Assembly (NCBI GenBank): GCA_013265495.1
Contig: MU058946.1
Span: 62,001-126,000, forward strand
Direction: 5' to 3'
Length of the DNA: 64,000 nt
Origin: Vicugna vicugna
Taxonomy: Eukaryota
Numbering within the stretch: the first letter of the stretch is position 1; each line of letters opens with the position of its first letter. Both the position numbers and the translations under genes were made by a program. Below are positions 33,966 through 46,800 of the stretch, one piece after another. The notes beneath the pieces are model-generated. The model was not told the DNA's origin. It worked only from the letters and a program-made list of their open reading frames with translations, and ran no database searches.

Positions 33966-36900
33966 TGTTTCTAAAATTATCCTCATTTCTATGAAACATA
34001 GCCAAATTAAGACTAATTAGTTTGCAAAATAAGTCTGGTTTCAAAAACCTTGGCCTAATTATATAAGTGTAAGTGAGCATATAGGTTCTTTTAAATTGGC
34101 TTTCCTGGAACTCTTCATAAGGAATCTCAGATTGAACTTTTCAAAGGCCTCTCAAGGCCAGGAAAGCCATACCAAGGGCTTTTCATCAGATTCTGCCTGC
34201 AATATCTGTAGATCTGGTGAATTGCTCTCTTCTCAAGGTCCCCCAGGTGTCTGGAGATTCCTGCACCTGTCTGGAGGTGGCCTTCTTTATTTACCTGATA
34301 AGGCTGCTAGGAACATATGAATTTCCAATTTCTGGAGGGTTCAGGTAGACAGAAAAGATAAAATGTTTCAATTCCACTTACAAAGGTATAATTTACCAAG
34401 TTGCTGTAAGTCATAATTAGCTTAAAGGGAAAGGTTTCCTTATAGTTGGAAAACACGGATTGAAAGCCAGTAATATTTCAGACAAAAAAACCCCCCAAAC
34501 ACTATAGCCATATTCGTCAGTTCACTCAGTCCTGTGCAACTAATCCTTGATCTCGATCTTTTGTTAACAGTTTGGTGAAGCCCTCAGGGTTTCCATTAGA
34601 ATTATTCAATTTCTTACCCAGTTCAGTGGTACGGCCTGAACGTTACCAGAAGCCTGTACTTGTCAAAGTCCTTTCTGTGAATCTTCTTGAAGATACAGCA
34701 TTTTTACAAAAGCATCAGAGTAAAACGGTAACTGTCTATAAGGGACAAGAGACTGACACAGACACGGTTAAAGATACCCGACATCTGATGCAACTGACAA
34801 AGGAGTATGATCGCTGCTGTGACAGACATCTTAACATAATGACTAGAATGATGACTGATGTTATACCAAAGCATGTTCAAATTTTAGAAATTCCACGTAG
34901 TTTCTAGAACATTTGTATTAATGACATTTACTCACATAATACAACCTAAGAAGGTTTATCCCCACTCGTTTGACAATGCTTCCCATGCAACTGAATGCAC
35001 AAGTCAATCTAATTAGTTTAATATCTCTCATAAAGAGAAAATAAATTTCTTGAGGTGTTCCGGGGGTCACTGGAAAACCTCAGTTAGCTATAGGTCAGAT
35101 GAATTTCAGCTGGAATTTGATCTTTGGGAAGTTTGTCAAAAATATCAAAAAGGTTTTAAAACACCTGGCTGAACAGGATCGTAGGTCATGGGGAAATGAT
35201 ACTCACTCATTTAACCAAGTGACAACAAAAGGTTTCAAAGGCAAGTACAGAAAGTTACACCACCTTACTGAACAGGGAAAGAAACCTCTACAATCTCACC
35301 AACAGCCATCAATATTCCAAGGAAACCTTGTTCTCCTAACAGAGAGAGAATACCAAATTCCAGTTTTGCACCTGCTCGCTTTTAATAAAACTCATTTACT
35401 TTAATTCAATCTAGCCACAGCCAGTCCTGACCAAGCGCAAAGCTCCTCTCCCAGGGCTCCCTTCCCACGAACCCTCCACAACCTTCCATGTCCGTATTAA
35501 GTTTGTCCCTTATTTTCTCCCCCTTTGGGGAATAACCAGCTTTAAGGCAAAATTACCTTCTTTCCCCTTAATGAACTGTATTTCTACATCTCATACCTCC
35601 TTTTACTGAAAACACACACATGCTCCCTGCCTTGCATACTGAAATGTTTCCTTTGTTATTTCTAGAAGCTTTAATTACGTATGTTGCAATTTTTAAGCCT
35701 TAACAACCTTTATCTCCTGCGGAAACCACGAAGGAGACAACCGTGAGCAGGCGGCCGGACCCGCGCTTCCCGACCGGCCAGCCGGCGAGCATCGCCTGTA
35801 ACCGCTGGCAATGCACATCTTCTCACAGCAGCTTCGTCCTCAGCGGGGGTGTGTGTCCGAAAAGCCAAAACATCTTTAGTTTTTCTCTAGTAAGAGGACA
35901 AAAGCAGGTGAACTTGGACTTGTTTTTAGTGTTTCAGTATCTGATCCTACCTGGAAATGATCCGGACATTGTATAAATTTCCTTCATTCAACTTAACTTC
36001 GCAAAACCAAATTTCAAATTACCAAAATCTGGAGAAACTATTTTTAGACAGGCGTACCTGAAACAAAATTATTCCTACAGAGTCCACCTGAAAACTTTCA
36101 TTTACATTGAATTCACTGACTAATGTTTCATCATATTATGTCATTTTCTTGCTGACAAATTTTTGTAACAGAAACAAGATCCCATTTGACTCCTAGTAAA
36201 CCCAGGTACAATAAAGGTATGACCCTCTGAGAACCCATTTTTGGGCTATTTCTCCCCTAACTCCAATTGATATTGGGGCCAGGTAGTATTAAAATACATA
36301 TATAATCACCTTTTTCAGAAGCTCATAGATAAAAGTGCCCCGATTTTGGAGACTGCATCCCACTGGGCTGCAGGCTGGTACACCATTTGCAGTTCCCATT
36401 TTGGGGCTCTCCCCCAGTGGCTGCAGCGATCGTTTTTTTTAAGGGGCGCTGGGTCAGCTCGGACCGGGTGGTATTTGCAGCAACTACTCCCTACTGGTGC
36501 CGGCAAGGCTCGGGTGTGTAACCCCCAGCAGGGCTGCCAGGGCCAGCTGCTTCCCCACCAACAATGCAGGCAGGTCACAGGCAGAAGCCCCGACCCCTGA
36601 GCAAATTCCCCAGTCACCTGGGAACGTCGCAAAGGCCTGGAGGAACAGTGGCACTTTTCTTTGGACTCAGAAGACTCATCAGGTTACTCCTGGGGGCAGT
36701 TTGCTGTGGTCAGTCCCCACATAGCCAGTTCAGTTTAAACTAACAACAGTAAGAGACAGTAATACGTACCACTCATCCACACACATTCACAGGCCTCGAT
36801 CCAGACAAACTTCTGGCTCTGAATCACACCAAAGACAAACTTCAGCTCTGAGTTCCCAAGAGAATCTAGACCACGTTCAGGTTACCAGGACCTCTGAACG

Positions 36901-37182
36901 AGGGTCAATACCAGGGAGAGAAAACAGCTTTTGGACCCAGGCACCTAGACCTTCACCCAGAAGACTTCTTGTTCCACAGCCTCTTTCTGCAAAAGTGGAC
37001 CTGCAACGCGCCCAAGGTGGCTGCCACTGTGCTGGATGGAGCTGTCGAGGACAAGTCGTCCAGGCAAAGCCACCTAGGCAGCTGCTGAGGTGGGTCATCC
37101 AGGCCCCATTCCCAACGCAGTGCCAGCAAGCCACGAGCTGTCGTCCAGCCAGGACTTGGATTCCATCTGGGCCACCAAAATT

Positions 37183-37362
37183 TGTACCAAGCAAGTGGGC
37201 TGCTTGCGCACGCACAACAGAAAGACCAGCTACCGAGGTACTAGTCTTCTGCAAAAAGGCTCTACTACAGGGCAGCCGAGCAAGGGGACAGGAGGTGCCG
37301 GCAGGCAGGTGGCCCTGCTCTCCCCAGGACAGTCACGTTCAGGGTACAGCACCAATGTTTCA
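37183..37362 (-). mobile_element. ERV 5' LTR remnant (internally deleted)
   Basis: TG...CA ends, immediately followed on the minus strand by the PBS; the + strand end ATGTTTCA is shared with the 3' LTR. Confidence 0.6.
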
Positions 37363-37423
37363 AATTCAGAGGCCAGACTTAACCCATAGCTACTTTTTAG
37401 AAAAATACATTTTCATCCCTAAG

Positions 37424-37429
37424 TTTATT
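37424..37429 (-). terminator. PWP2 polyadenylation signal
   Basis: AATAAA on the minus strand about 270 nt after the stop, followed by T-rich sequence. Confidence 0.8.
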
Positions 37430-37695
37430 GTCAAAACTTCGTATTAAAAATGTAAAATTTCTCATACAAAGTCTGAGTCCACACACATGATCCCACTCGC
37501 CTCTCAGTTTTCAGCAGCAGAGGCTCCACGTCCACTTTCGCTCACGTGCCAGCTCTGGGCCGTGAGCTCACTGACCCTGCGGCCGCGACAGCTTCGCACA
37601 GAAGCGCCAGCCTCGGGGACAGAGCCCCACCCTCCAGCGGCGTCCACCTCCCCCGGCGTCTCAAGCACGGCCAGCGGGCCTGCAGCAGGGCGGCT

Positions 37696-37879
37696 CTAGG
37701 GCAGCGGCCCATCCGTGTCCACCTCCCCGGGGTGCCCCCGGAGGAGGTGCAGACTGTCCTCATCGTCATCGGACGGACCTGCTTCCTCCTCACTTCCCGG
37801 CGGGTCCGAGGGGCGCTTCACACCCCGCTGCTTGGAAATTGCCAGGGCGTACTGGATGTTGTAGCGGTTCCAGTCACAG
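37696..37879 (-). CDS. PWP2: PWP2 exon 21 (coding part)
   Basis: [60 protein letters not shown]. Confidence 0.96.
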
Positions 37880-40800
37880 CTGCGAAGGCACACAGGAGGC
37901 CGTCAGCAAGGCCGACGAGCGTCTCCCACCCCATCGAGAGCCCCGCTCATGCAGCACTCGACCACCTGCTCCAGAGCCCAGAAACACCCGCCACGGGCCC
38001 CCATCCGAACATCCCCCAACGCCGCCTTCTCTGGACACCACTCGGCCCCCAGTCAGTCCCTCCGGACACCCAAGAAAGGGGCTGTCTCGAGGAATGGGAG
38101 CACATTTAACACATGAGCCCCACACACCAACAGAGAAAAATCCCTATTGCATCTCAATGTAGAAGCCCTTGGGGGACGGCCTGACAGTACGAGGGTCCGT
38201 CAGCACAGAGCAGAGCAGACGGCACCCGGCCAGCCCGTGCAGGCCGCAGAGATGGGAAACAGCACCAGGTCCCGTAGCGCAGGCAGCACGGAAGCCGGCT
38301 GGGCTGACTCTGCGACCAAGCATGTCGCGTCCACGTCGACACCCAGTGACATGGAACAGATCTAACACCGCTTCTTGGTGGGAGCCCGATGGAACCGCAG
38401 CACAGGGAAGACCGCTCCCCAGAGGAGCCTCCAGCCACCCTGCGGGCAGCCTGGAGCTCAGAAAGAGCCTCCAAGAACAATGGTTTGTTGGAGACACGTG
38501 AAGACCAAGAAAGCGCTCGGGACAGACAGGAGGACCGGGGGACCTGAGCCACACGGGCAGGCACAAAGCAGACCTTCGGGGCAGAGTAGGGACAACTGAG
38601 CACCAAGCCTGGAAACAGCACGTCGGAGCCGCCCCCCCACCCCTGCACACCTGACCCCAGCTGGAGGGGAGACCCCCAGAAGAGGCCGAGTGCAGATCCT
38701 CCGGGCCCGGGGGAGGGGCAGGAAGTGCGAGGGCCAGGGCGACGCCACCTGAACAGGAGGAGGGAGGCTTTGGACCCTCCCTGCTCATCCAAGCGGCAGG
38801 GCCTCTTGCCTCCCTGGGAGCGCTCTCCCGGAGCCCACCGCGGGACAGCCCAGCGCGTTTAGTTTGCCAGCGGCATGGGAACAAGCACATCCACCACCAG
38901 GATTTTCTGTCCCCAAATCAGACAACGCGGGGAGCAGCCCCCGCGTGGAACCAGCGGGAACCAGCTGGCGACAGTCCAAGCCCTGCCCGGCCCACCAACC
39001 ACTCCGGCAACACGTACAGTTTGGAGATGTCCTCCCAGTGGCGCTGGATGCTCTTCTGAAGGAACTGAACGGCCGGCAACAGCTTCCCCGCCCTGGAAAG
39101 GAGACTTCCCTCAGTGCGGTACCGGACTTCGGAGCACCCGGTGCTTGTGCGCAGAAACCTCCGCTGGGGCCGCGCAGCTGCAGACCCCGCGGAAGGAGTG
39201 ACCGAACCGCAGGCGGAGGGCAGGGGCACCCGTCTACCTGGACTTCAGCTTCTGTCCGTGCGCCATAAGCAGCTTCTGGGTCCATAGGAGATAGAACTCC
39301 AGGTGGCGGGACACCTCCAAGGACGAAGCTAAAAATTCCAGCACCTTCTCCACATACAAGTCAGGAAGCGAGGAGCTGACGACTTCAACTGTGAGGGAAG
39401 TGTGGACACCATGCTCAGCCCAAGAAGCCTTCAGAACAGCCGGCCCCCACACGGCGGCCTCCGCCCTGCACTCAGACCACCCCTCCACCTCACTTGCCTC
39501 CCCCACCACCCGGTCCACGCTCCGCCTAGGCCCCACCGGGCGCCTCCCCCAGACCCATGCCCCGCCCTCACCCCATCCCAGCCACCCGCCCCGCCCACAC
39601 CCCGCCCCACCCCACTCACTCTCATCCCAGGGCACCGACTCCAGGGCCTCCTGCAGCAGCTTCCTCTCGTTGAGCCTGAAGGCCATGAGGATGGCCCTGG
39701 TGAAGTCCCGCTGGCGCAGCGCCGCCCGGATCCGCCCCGGGGTGACACTGGTGTCCAGCTCGAAAGGGTCAAAGAGCATGCGCGCATCCAGGGAGTAGAT
39801 AAGGAGTCCCTCGGTCGTGGTGGCCGCCCAGCAGCGTCCTGGGAGACAAAGCCTTGATAAGGCTCCCAGAACACTGATTTCCATGTTTCCCCATGTTTTG
39901 AAGAACAGGTGCTGAAGACGGTCCTGGAGCCCCCAGCACACCAGTGTGAAGGGAGCAGGGGCGCCTGCCCCGCTCCTACCTTGGCCACCAGCCCCTCACC
40001 GCTGCAGGTCCCCAGGGCCACCTGCCTGAGTTCACACCCTACCCTCATTCCCGCTGGGTGGGCGAGCTTCCCTGTCAAGGGCACACTCTCCAGCTCTGCA
40101 GGCCTCTCCTGCAGCTTCTCTACTCCATGACGGTGCGAGGATGAAACTGCCCAGACACCAGAGCAGGGGCCCCCAGACTCGTCCCTCGGGCCCCGGTCTG
40201 CAGCCCTGGCTTCCACGGTGGTGCAATGACACGTGCTGTCTGCACCAGCTGCCTGTCTCTCAACCAGGGCTGGAGGCATGGCCACCACCCCGTAGACATC
40301 AGCCTGCTGCAACCCTGTCCCACTCCGTCCCCAGGCTCTAGGGGACAGACCCTCCCCAACTGGACACTCTCAGTGGTGGGGATGGGGCGAGGAAGCAAGG
40401 TGCCTGATGGCCCCAAATGGCACATGGGCAGGGTGCTCACGGCAGGTGCCCACCTCCTGACTTTGAGCCTCGCAGGTCTGAGGTCACAGCCATTCTCAGG
40501 GAGGACAAGGACGACCACATCTCACCCAAGGAGGACAGCGGTGCACAGAGCCAGCCAGAAGCTCCATGCTGATCCTGCCCCCAGGAGCAGGGTGACAGGC
40601 CCACTGTGCACACCACAGGCCCAGAGACCCATAGGACCAGCCCCACCCCTCCCACGCCAACCACCTGACGCCCAGGGCTCACCGGTGGGAGAGAAGCGGA
40701 GCGAAGTCACCCTGATCTCAGGTTTGAAGTGCCGAGAGCTCATGTCCCCTAGGGGCAAAGGACGGCCGGTCACAGCATGCACACTCCCCTACTCGGCCCA

Positions 40801-43800
40801 CAGAGAAAGGGCCACCCTCTGGACCCGGCAGGAGCGGCATCCCTGCCCCCCACCCTCCCACAGACACAGCAGGTGAGCCCTGTGCCGGGACCGCCTCCAC
40901 GGATCAGCCCTTGGAGCAAACACTCTCGTGAGCTCCAGCCCAGGGGGAGATGGGCTCGTCTGTTCGGGAGAAAAGTCCCTGCCCAGCCCAGGGCTGTGAG
41001 GCAGGGTGGGTCCCGGTTCAGGCCTGGGAGGCAGCCACCCCCCGCAAAAAACCGAGTCTTCCTTGTGGCCCAGGTCGGAGCAAGCACAGGGCACAGGGCT
41101 GAGCTCTGGCCCGGCCTCCAACAAGATGCCACACCTGTGCAGCAAGGACTTGGGGACATCAGCCACAGCAGCCCCACCAGAGGAGACAGCGTCATCACCA
41201 GGAAAAGCGGGTGGTGAGCAGGGCGGCCTGCTGTGGCCTAGCCACCAGGACCAGAGACCTACTGCTCACCTTTCTTTACACCTGGAAGTGGTATCGCGAC
41301 TCCACCCTCCTCCGCAGCGTCTTGATCAATCAGCGCCAGGTTGCCAAACTCTGTCATTTTCCTTCGGTTCAAAAATTCCTAAAAGCAAAATCCAGGACAC
41401 CTTACCATCGGAGGTACAGGTAGGTCTGCCCCACATCCCTCCTGTGCCACCGACGGTGCGAGGCCGGCCCCGCCTGGAAAGCACACGGCACACACGGGGC
41501 CCAAGACGGGACGGCCAGGCCTCCCCTCAGTGCCTGCTGCTGGCCCTGCGGTGGTTGGATTCCTGTTGGAGGGGGTGTGAGGAGGGCCGAGGGTGGGCTG
41601 GGGAGACTCGGGGCTCACAGCCGGCTGAGACCCATGTGGGGGCCCATGCAGTCTGCAGCCCAGCTCTGGAACCCTGCAGCACACTCACCTCCATGGCGTC
41701 CAGAGAGAGGTTGCAAGAGATCTCAAACTTCTTCCTGAGAATCTGCTCCTTGACATGATAAATGCACACGAACTTGGACATCCCTCCTGCCAGAATGCTC
41801 TGGCCGTCCGCGGAGTAGCAGAGAGTGGTGAAGGCCCTGGGCGGAGGGGACGCGGACTCAGTCGCCACCCAGAAGGCAGACAGCACCCTCCCCAACACGG
41901 CCCTGGCCGAAATGCTGCAGGATGAGAACCGGCAGCCCAGCCTCCCAGTTCCTGCCGAGGCATCATAGCCCCAGAGGACGGACAGCACAGTGACCTCCAA
42001 GAGGCCTTCTCACAGGGCCATGTGGCCCCATCTGGGCAGCTCCCGGCTGAAGTCAGGACGAAGGGGGACCCATCTGCCCGCCACCCTCACAGCGGCTGCT
42101 GGCAGGGGTGTCTACTCAGTCCCGCAGGACCAGAACCCAGGCACTCACTGCCCTGTCGGCTCAGGGACTCAACACAGTGACCCTGGACTTGGCAGAGGAT
42201 TCTTGGATGTGACACCAAGAGCACAAGCAGCAAAAGAAAAAACACAAACGAGGCTTCGTGAAAATTTAAACACCTGTGCTCCAAAGAGCACCTTCTAGAA
42301 CCTGGAGATGAGCCGCAGAAGCGGGGGAGGATGCGTCTGAGGAGGGTCTCAGGTCCCGAGTACGTGGAGAACTTCCCCGAGTCAACAATACAGACACACA
42401 GCCCGTTAGAGCAGACAGGTGCTCCGCACAGACATTTCTCCAAAGCCCACACACGAGTGGCCTATCCGTCCGTGAAAAGATGCCCAAAACCACGAAGCAC
42501 CAACAGCCGGGGTTAAAAAAAACACAGGAAAGAGCGTCAGTGATTGATGCGGGAAACTGGAACCCCTGCGCCAGTGGTGGTACCTGAATAGTGCGGGCTC
42601 TCCGCACAGCAGTCTGGTGGGTCCTGAAAAGGTTAAGCAGAGCCACCATGTGACCCAGCAATGCCACTACTGGGGACACGCCCGGGAGAACTGAAAACGG
42701 GGGCCATCCTCAGGGTGAGGACGCGGGAGCCTGTTAACCCACAGGCCCCACCCACGCCCCACGGCCCCACGGGCAGGAGGAGCCCTGCTGGGGCGGCTCT
42801 CAGCACTCACTTCCCCTTGGCTGAGTGCTTGGCGGTGATTTTGTCCAGCTCCTTCCTGCCCGTCTTGAGATCGTGCCTGCCCTCAATGGAGCCCATCTGC
42901 ACCGCGTTCTCTGGGTCCCAGAAAGTGATCTGTGAGTTTAGCGTGGCCACAGCCAGCTCTGCTCCATCAGGGCGGAAGGTCACAGCCAGAGCTGCAGAGA
43001 GACGCAGGTCTGAGGCAAGGAAGACCCTGGGCTCCAGCCAACAGGCCACACTGCCCTCATCCTGCTCCAACCCGGGCTGCACGCTGGCACCAGGGGGGTC
43101 TGGGGGCCACGGGGCAGGCAGGGGGCACAACTGAGAGGGGCCAGCTGGGTGGAGGGCTCTGGGCGGGAGGATCACACTGAGGTCACGGGCAGACTAGAAA
43201 CAGACTAGCTGTGGGCAAGAGGTCAGTAAGTTGGCTCCACAAAGACGCAAGGGGCCGGCCACTAACGGCCTGAACCAGAGCCAGGTGGGGCGGCCAGAAG
43301 CACTGGACACAGCAGAGGCCACAAGCCCCTGGGGCCAACAGCTGCAGCCACAGCCGAGACGTCCACCCGCGGCCCGCTGTGCACAAGGACACTTCGTTCC
43401 AGCCACCTCATGCTTCCCCGTGGTCAGCATGGGCAGAGCCTTGACCACTTCTCGCAGACCACTGTTAACCCACAGGCAAGCTCCGACAGCGCCAGCAAGT
43501 CTGCTGCAATAGGGCCCGCCTCGCTTCCCCGGGGTGCCCGGCGCCAAGTGACACATCCAGCCCCCAGCCCCCGCAGCCTTCAGCGCTTGGGGCCCTGGGT
43601 TTATCCAAACCAGTGCCCCAGACAGGTGGCTGACAGCACAGAGCCTGGGCCTCCCCCTGGGCGCTGCGTACCATCGGAGGTCAGGGCCAGCATCTCTGTG
43701 GTCCTCCAGCTGTCTACCATGTCCCACAGCCGCACCGTCTTGTCCCAGGAGGCGCTGGCCAGGATCGACTTCATCGGGTTAAAACACAGACCACTGATGG

Positions 43801-46800
43801 GCCCTTCATGGCCAGACAAAACCTACAGCAGTTCAGAGAAGAGCTCTGAGGACGTGAGACCCTCCGCGGCCACCCCAGCCCGACGTGCCTGCCAGATGCT
43901 GGCTTTCAGAGGCCACAGCTGAAACACAGCCCCTCTGAGGCCCTGTGCTGCAGGATGAGGGGGACACAGCTCTGTCTTGATGCAGGCAAGTGAGGTGCCC
44001 CCAGAAAATGCATGTATATGGTGCGGCCCGCTCCTGAGACCTCTGCCCCACCCGCTCCTCTGGGATCAGTGAGGCCCCCTCCCTGCACCCCAGTCCCTCG
44101 AGAGAGCAGCTCCTGGAACGCGCGGCCCTTACGTCCAGGAGCCTGCCCGTCTGCATGGACCAGATAAAGATCTCGAAGGAGTCCTGGGCCCCAGCAGAGA
44201 CGATCTCCCCGCTCGAGTCCACTGCCACACAGGAGAACTGGGTGGGGCGCGGAGACGTGAAGGTGCGGAAGTTCCGGTACCTGCGGGAAGAGTGCATCCC
44301 GGGGGGCACGGCTCATGGAGGGCCTGCTCACCCTTGTGTGCGTCTGGGGTCTGACACTGGGCTCCACTTCGTTCCCTTCCCGATACACCCAGAGCCCCCA
44401 GCCTCACTCTCAGCCCAGCGGGGATGAAGAAATTGCGGAGCCAGCATCCTGAGCCAGCAGAAAGGTCACCTGTGAAGGTCAAAGGCACGCACGGTCCCAT
44501 CCATGGAAGAGGTCACGATGACGTAGCCGGTGGAGGTGAAGGTCACGCCGGTGACCCCACTCGAGTGCTCCGTGAATGTGATGAAGCAGAAGCCACTGAG
44601 GGTGTTCCATACCTTGACCTGCGGTGGGGAGGGCAGGGGCGGGAGGGCCACAGCTCAGGTGGGCCACGGAGGCCCAGGTCTCCCCAGAGGCACAAGCGCC
44701 CTCCCGGGTCAGACCGCAGCTGCTGGGACCGCAGAGCTCTGAGCCGCGCATGGGAGCCCAGCCCAGAAGAGACACCCACAGCCCCTCCACCCAGATCTGG
44801 GCAGACCTGCAAACACCTCCTCCTGAGCCCAGATGAGGTGGGGTGAGCCCCAAAGCCCCAGGCTGAACCCGCCGTTGGGGCCTGGCCGCAGTGCCGAGGC
44901 TGGCAGGACAGGGACAGGACCCGCGACTCCTCACGCCCGGGCCGTGCTCCCCCGCCCCCGACACAAGCCCACCTTGCCGTCGTCCCCGCCGGTCACGATG
45001 TACTGCCCGTCAGGGGAGTAGGCCAGGGACACCATGCTGTTGAAGTGGCCCTGCTGCTTGAGCACGTAGGACTCACTCTGCCACTCCCACACCAGCAGCT
45101 GGCCCAGGCCTGCGGGCACATGGCGGGGCTGACTGCCTGTGGGACTCACGCTGGCATTCTGATGGCCAGTTTCACCCTGAGGCAGGTGCCCCCACCAGAC
45201 ACCTGAACGAGGGGACTCAGCAAGGAGACGCCAACCTCCTGATGCCCCAGCCGAGGCCGAGGCCGAGGCCGAGGCAGCACTGCTGACGGGCACCGGGACT
45301 CGTAACTCAGATGAGCGTCTGTTCTCAAAGTCTCACCGACTGCTCCTTCGAATGTGAGCCACCCAGCTGCCGGCCTGGCCCCAGTGCCTCAGGGGTGGGG
45401 GTGCAGCAGGCTGACCTCCTGGAGGAAGGGGTCTGCTCCTGTCCTCACAGACCTGGGCACGAAGACTAACCTGAGCATCCAAAGGCGATCCAGTCCCCGG
45501 AGCTATTGATGGCGATGGATGCGACCCTCTGATCTGAGACGCTGGGGAGATGCAGGCCCAGTCAGCACACAGGGCCTCCCGTCCCCACGCGGGGTGGCCG
45601 TAGGTGCAGACGGGGCCAGTCTCCCCACGTCTGCACCACTCCCCCCACCGTGCGGTTACTGCACTAAACAGTTCATTTCATTCAGAGCATCAGCAAATGC
45701 AGAGCCGTGCCCACGTTCAAAACCTCCAAGCCGTGAGATTTTGGGAAACCAGTGTTTTAGTTTTCTCCATGTTCCAAAGGGACACGAGAGAAACAATGAA
45801 CACGGAAAATAAAAATGTCGTGATGTACAGGTGAGACAAAGCTCCCCGTGACTGGGGATGAGGTGGGGGGAGCTGCGTGTCAGAGATGGGGGCAGGGCAG
45901 CAGCGCTCATATGCACTCAGCCCGGGACAGAGGCGACAGCAGGTGTCCTGGGAAGCCTGCTGGCCCTCCTCCTGGCCCCTCGGTCCCGGCAGGCACAGCA
46001 CGGCTTCTGTCCACCCTCCTGCGGACTGGAGAGCACACACACAACCACACGGAGCAGGTACTGACCTCAGGGAGTGGATGAGGCTGAACTCCGGGAGTTC
46101 GTGCAGGTGGAAGATTCCGGAAGCAAACCCAGTGACCAAGAGGTGGACTTTCTTATGATATGCTGCCGCTGTTAGGTGGTTAAAGTCTCCCTCTTTATTA
46201 AAAAAGTACCTAAACAGACGGGACACGAGGACTGAGGGAGGAGGACCAGAGGCCAGGCTGATCTTACACCCCTCCGCGGCTCCGCCCCGGACCCCGGGGC
46301 GGAGGACCTCACTGCACGCGGGCAGCCTGCCTGCGCTGCCCCTTGTCCCTCGGGCAGCCCCCTACCTCCTCACACCCACAGTTCTGCGCTCCCAGCCTCC
46401 AGCCCCCATGCTTGCTCAGCAGCTCAGGTGCCCCTGGGGGGGCGGGCTCCCCCCACTGGCCCGCCCAGGGCCTCTAAGGCAGGAGTCACAGCTCGGCCTC
46501 TGGAGGCGGAGACCTACTTTGCCAGCCGAGAGTACTTCACTTTGCCCCGCTGCTCCTCAGGCGCCGGTGCGGCCTTCCCGCGGATGGTGGTCTCCTCCTC
46601 CCTCTCTGCGTCCTCCTCCTCCTCCTCCCGCTGCAGCAGGTCCGCCTTCCAGCCGGTGGGGGCTTTGAGCCTCAGGCCCTCAGGGGCCGTGTCACACTGC
46701 CACACGCACAGGGCTGCGTCCTGGCTGAGCGTGTACAGCTGCAGAGGAAAATGTGTGGGTGTGGCCCATTCTGACCCTCAGCCCCCGCCAGCCATGGGCT

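Larger units (their letters stand above)
29750..37362 (-). mobile_element. Decayed class I endogenous retrovirus (ERV1, MER4-group-like internal region), LTR-PBS-gag-IN-env-LTR
   Basis: Minus-strand order: 5' LTR remnant 37362-37183; PBS TGGTGGCCCAGATGGAAT 37177-37160; gag knuckle-like remnant about 36.3-36.6 kb; integrase C-terminus TLKKTLAKICQETNLTWDKTLP...GMKPWVRH about 33965-33520; env TM ALDYLLAEQGHVCGVAN about 31.3-31.7 kb; 3' LTR about 30226-29750. Confidence 0.88.

Noticed and set aside
39234-39941. Long ORF reading through PWP2 exons 18-19 as a single exon
   Set aside because: The 231-nt intron is simply open in frame because it is G-rich; canonical splice sites reproduce the known protein
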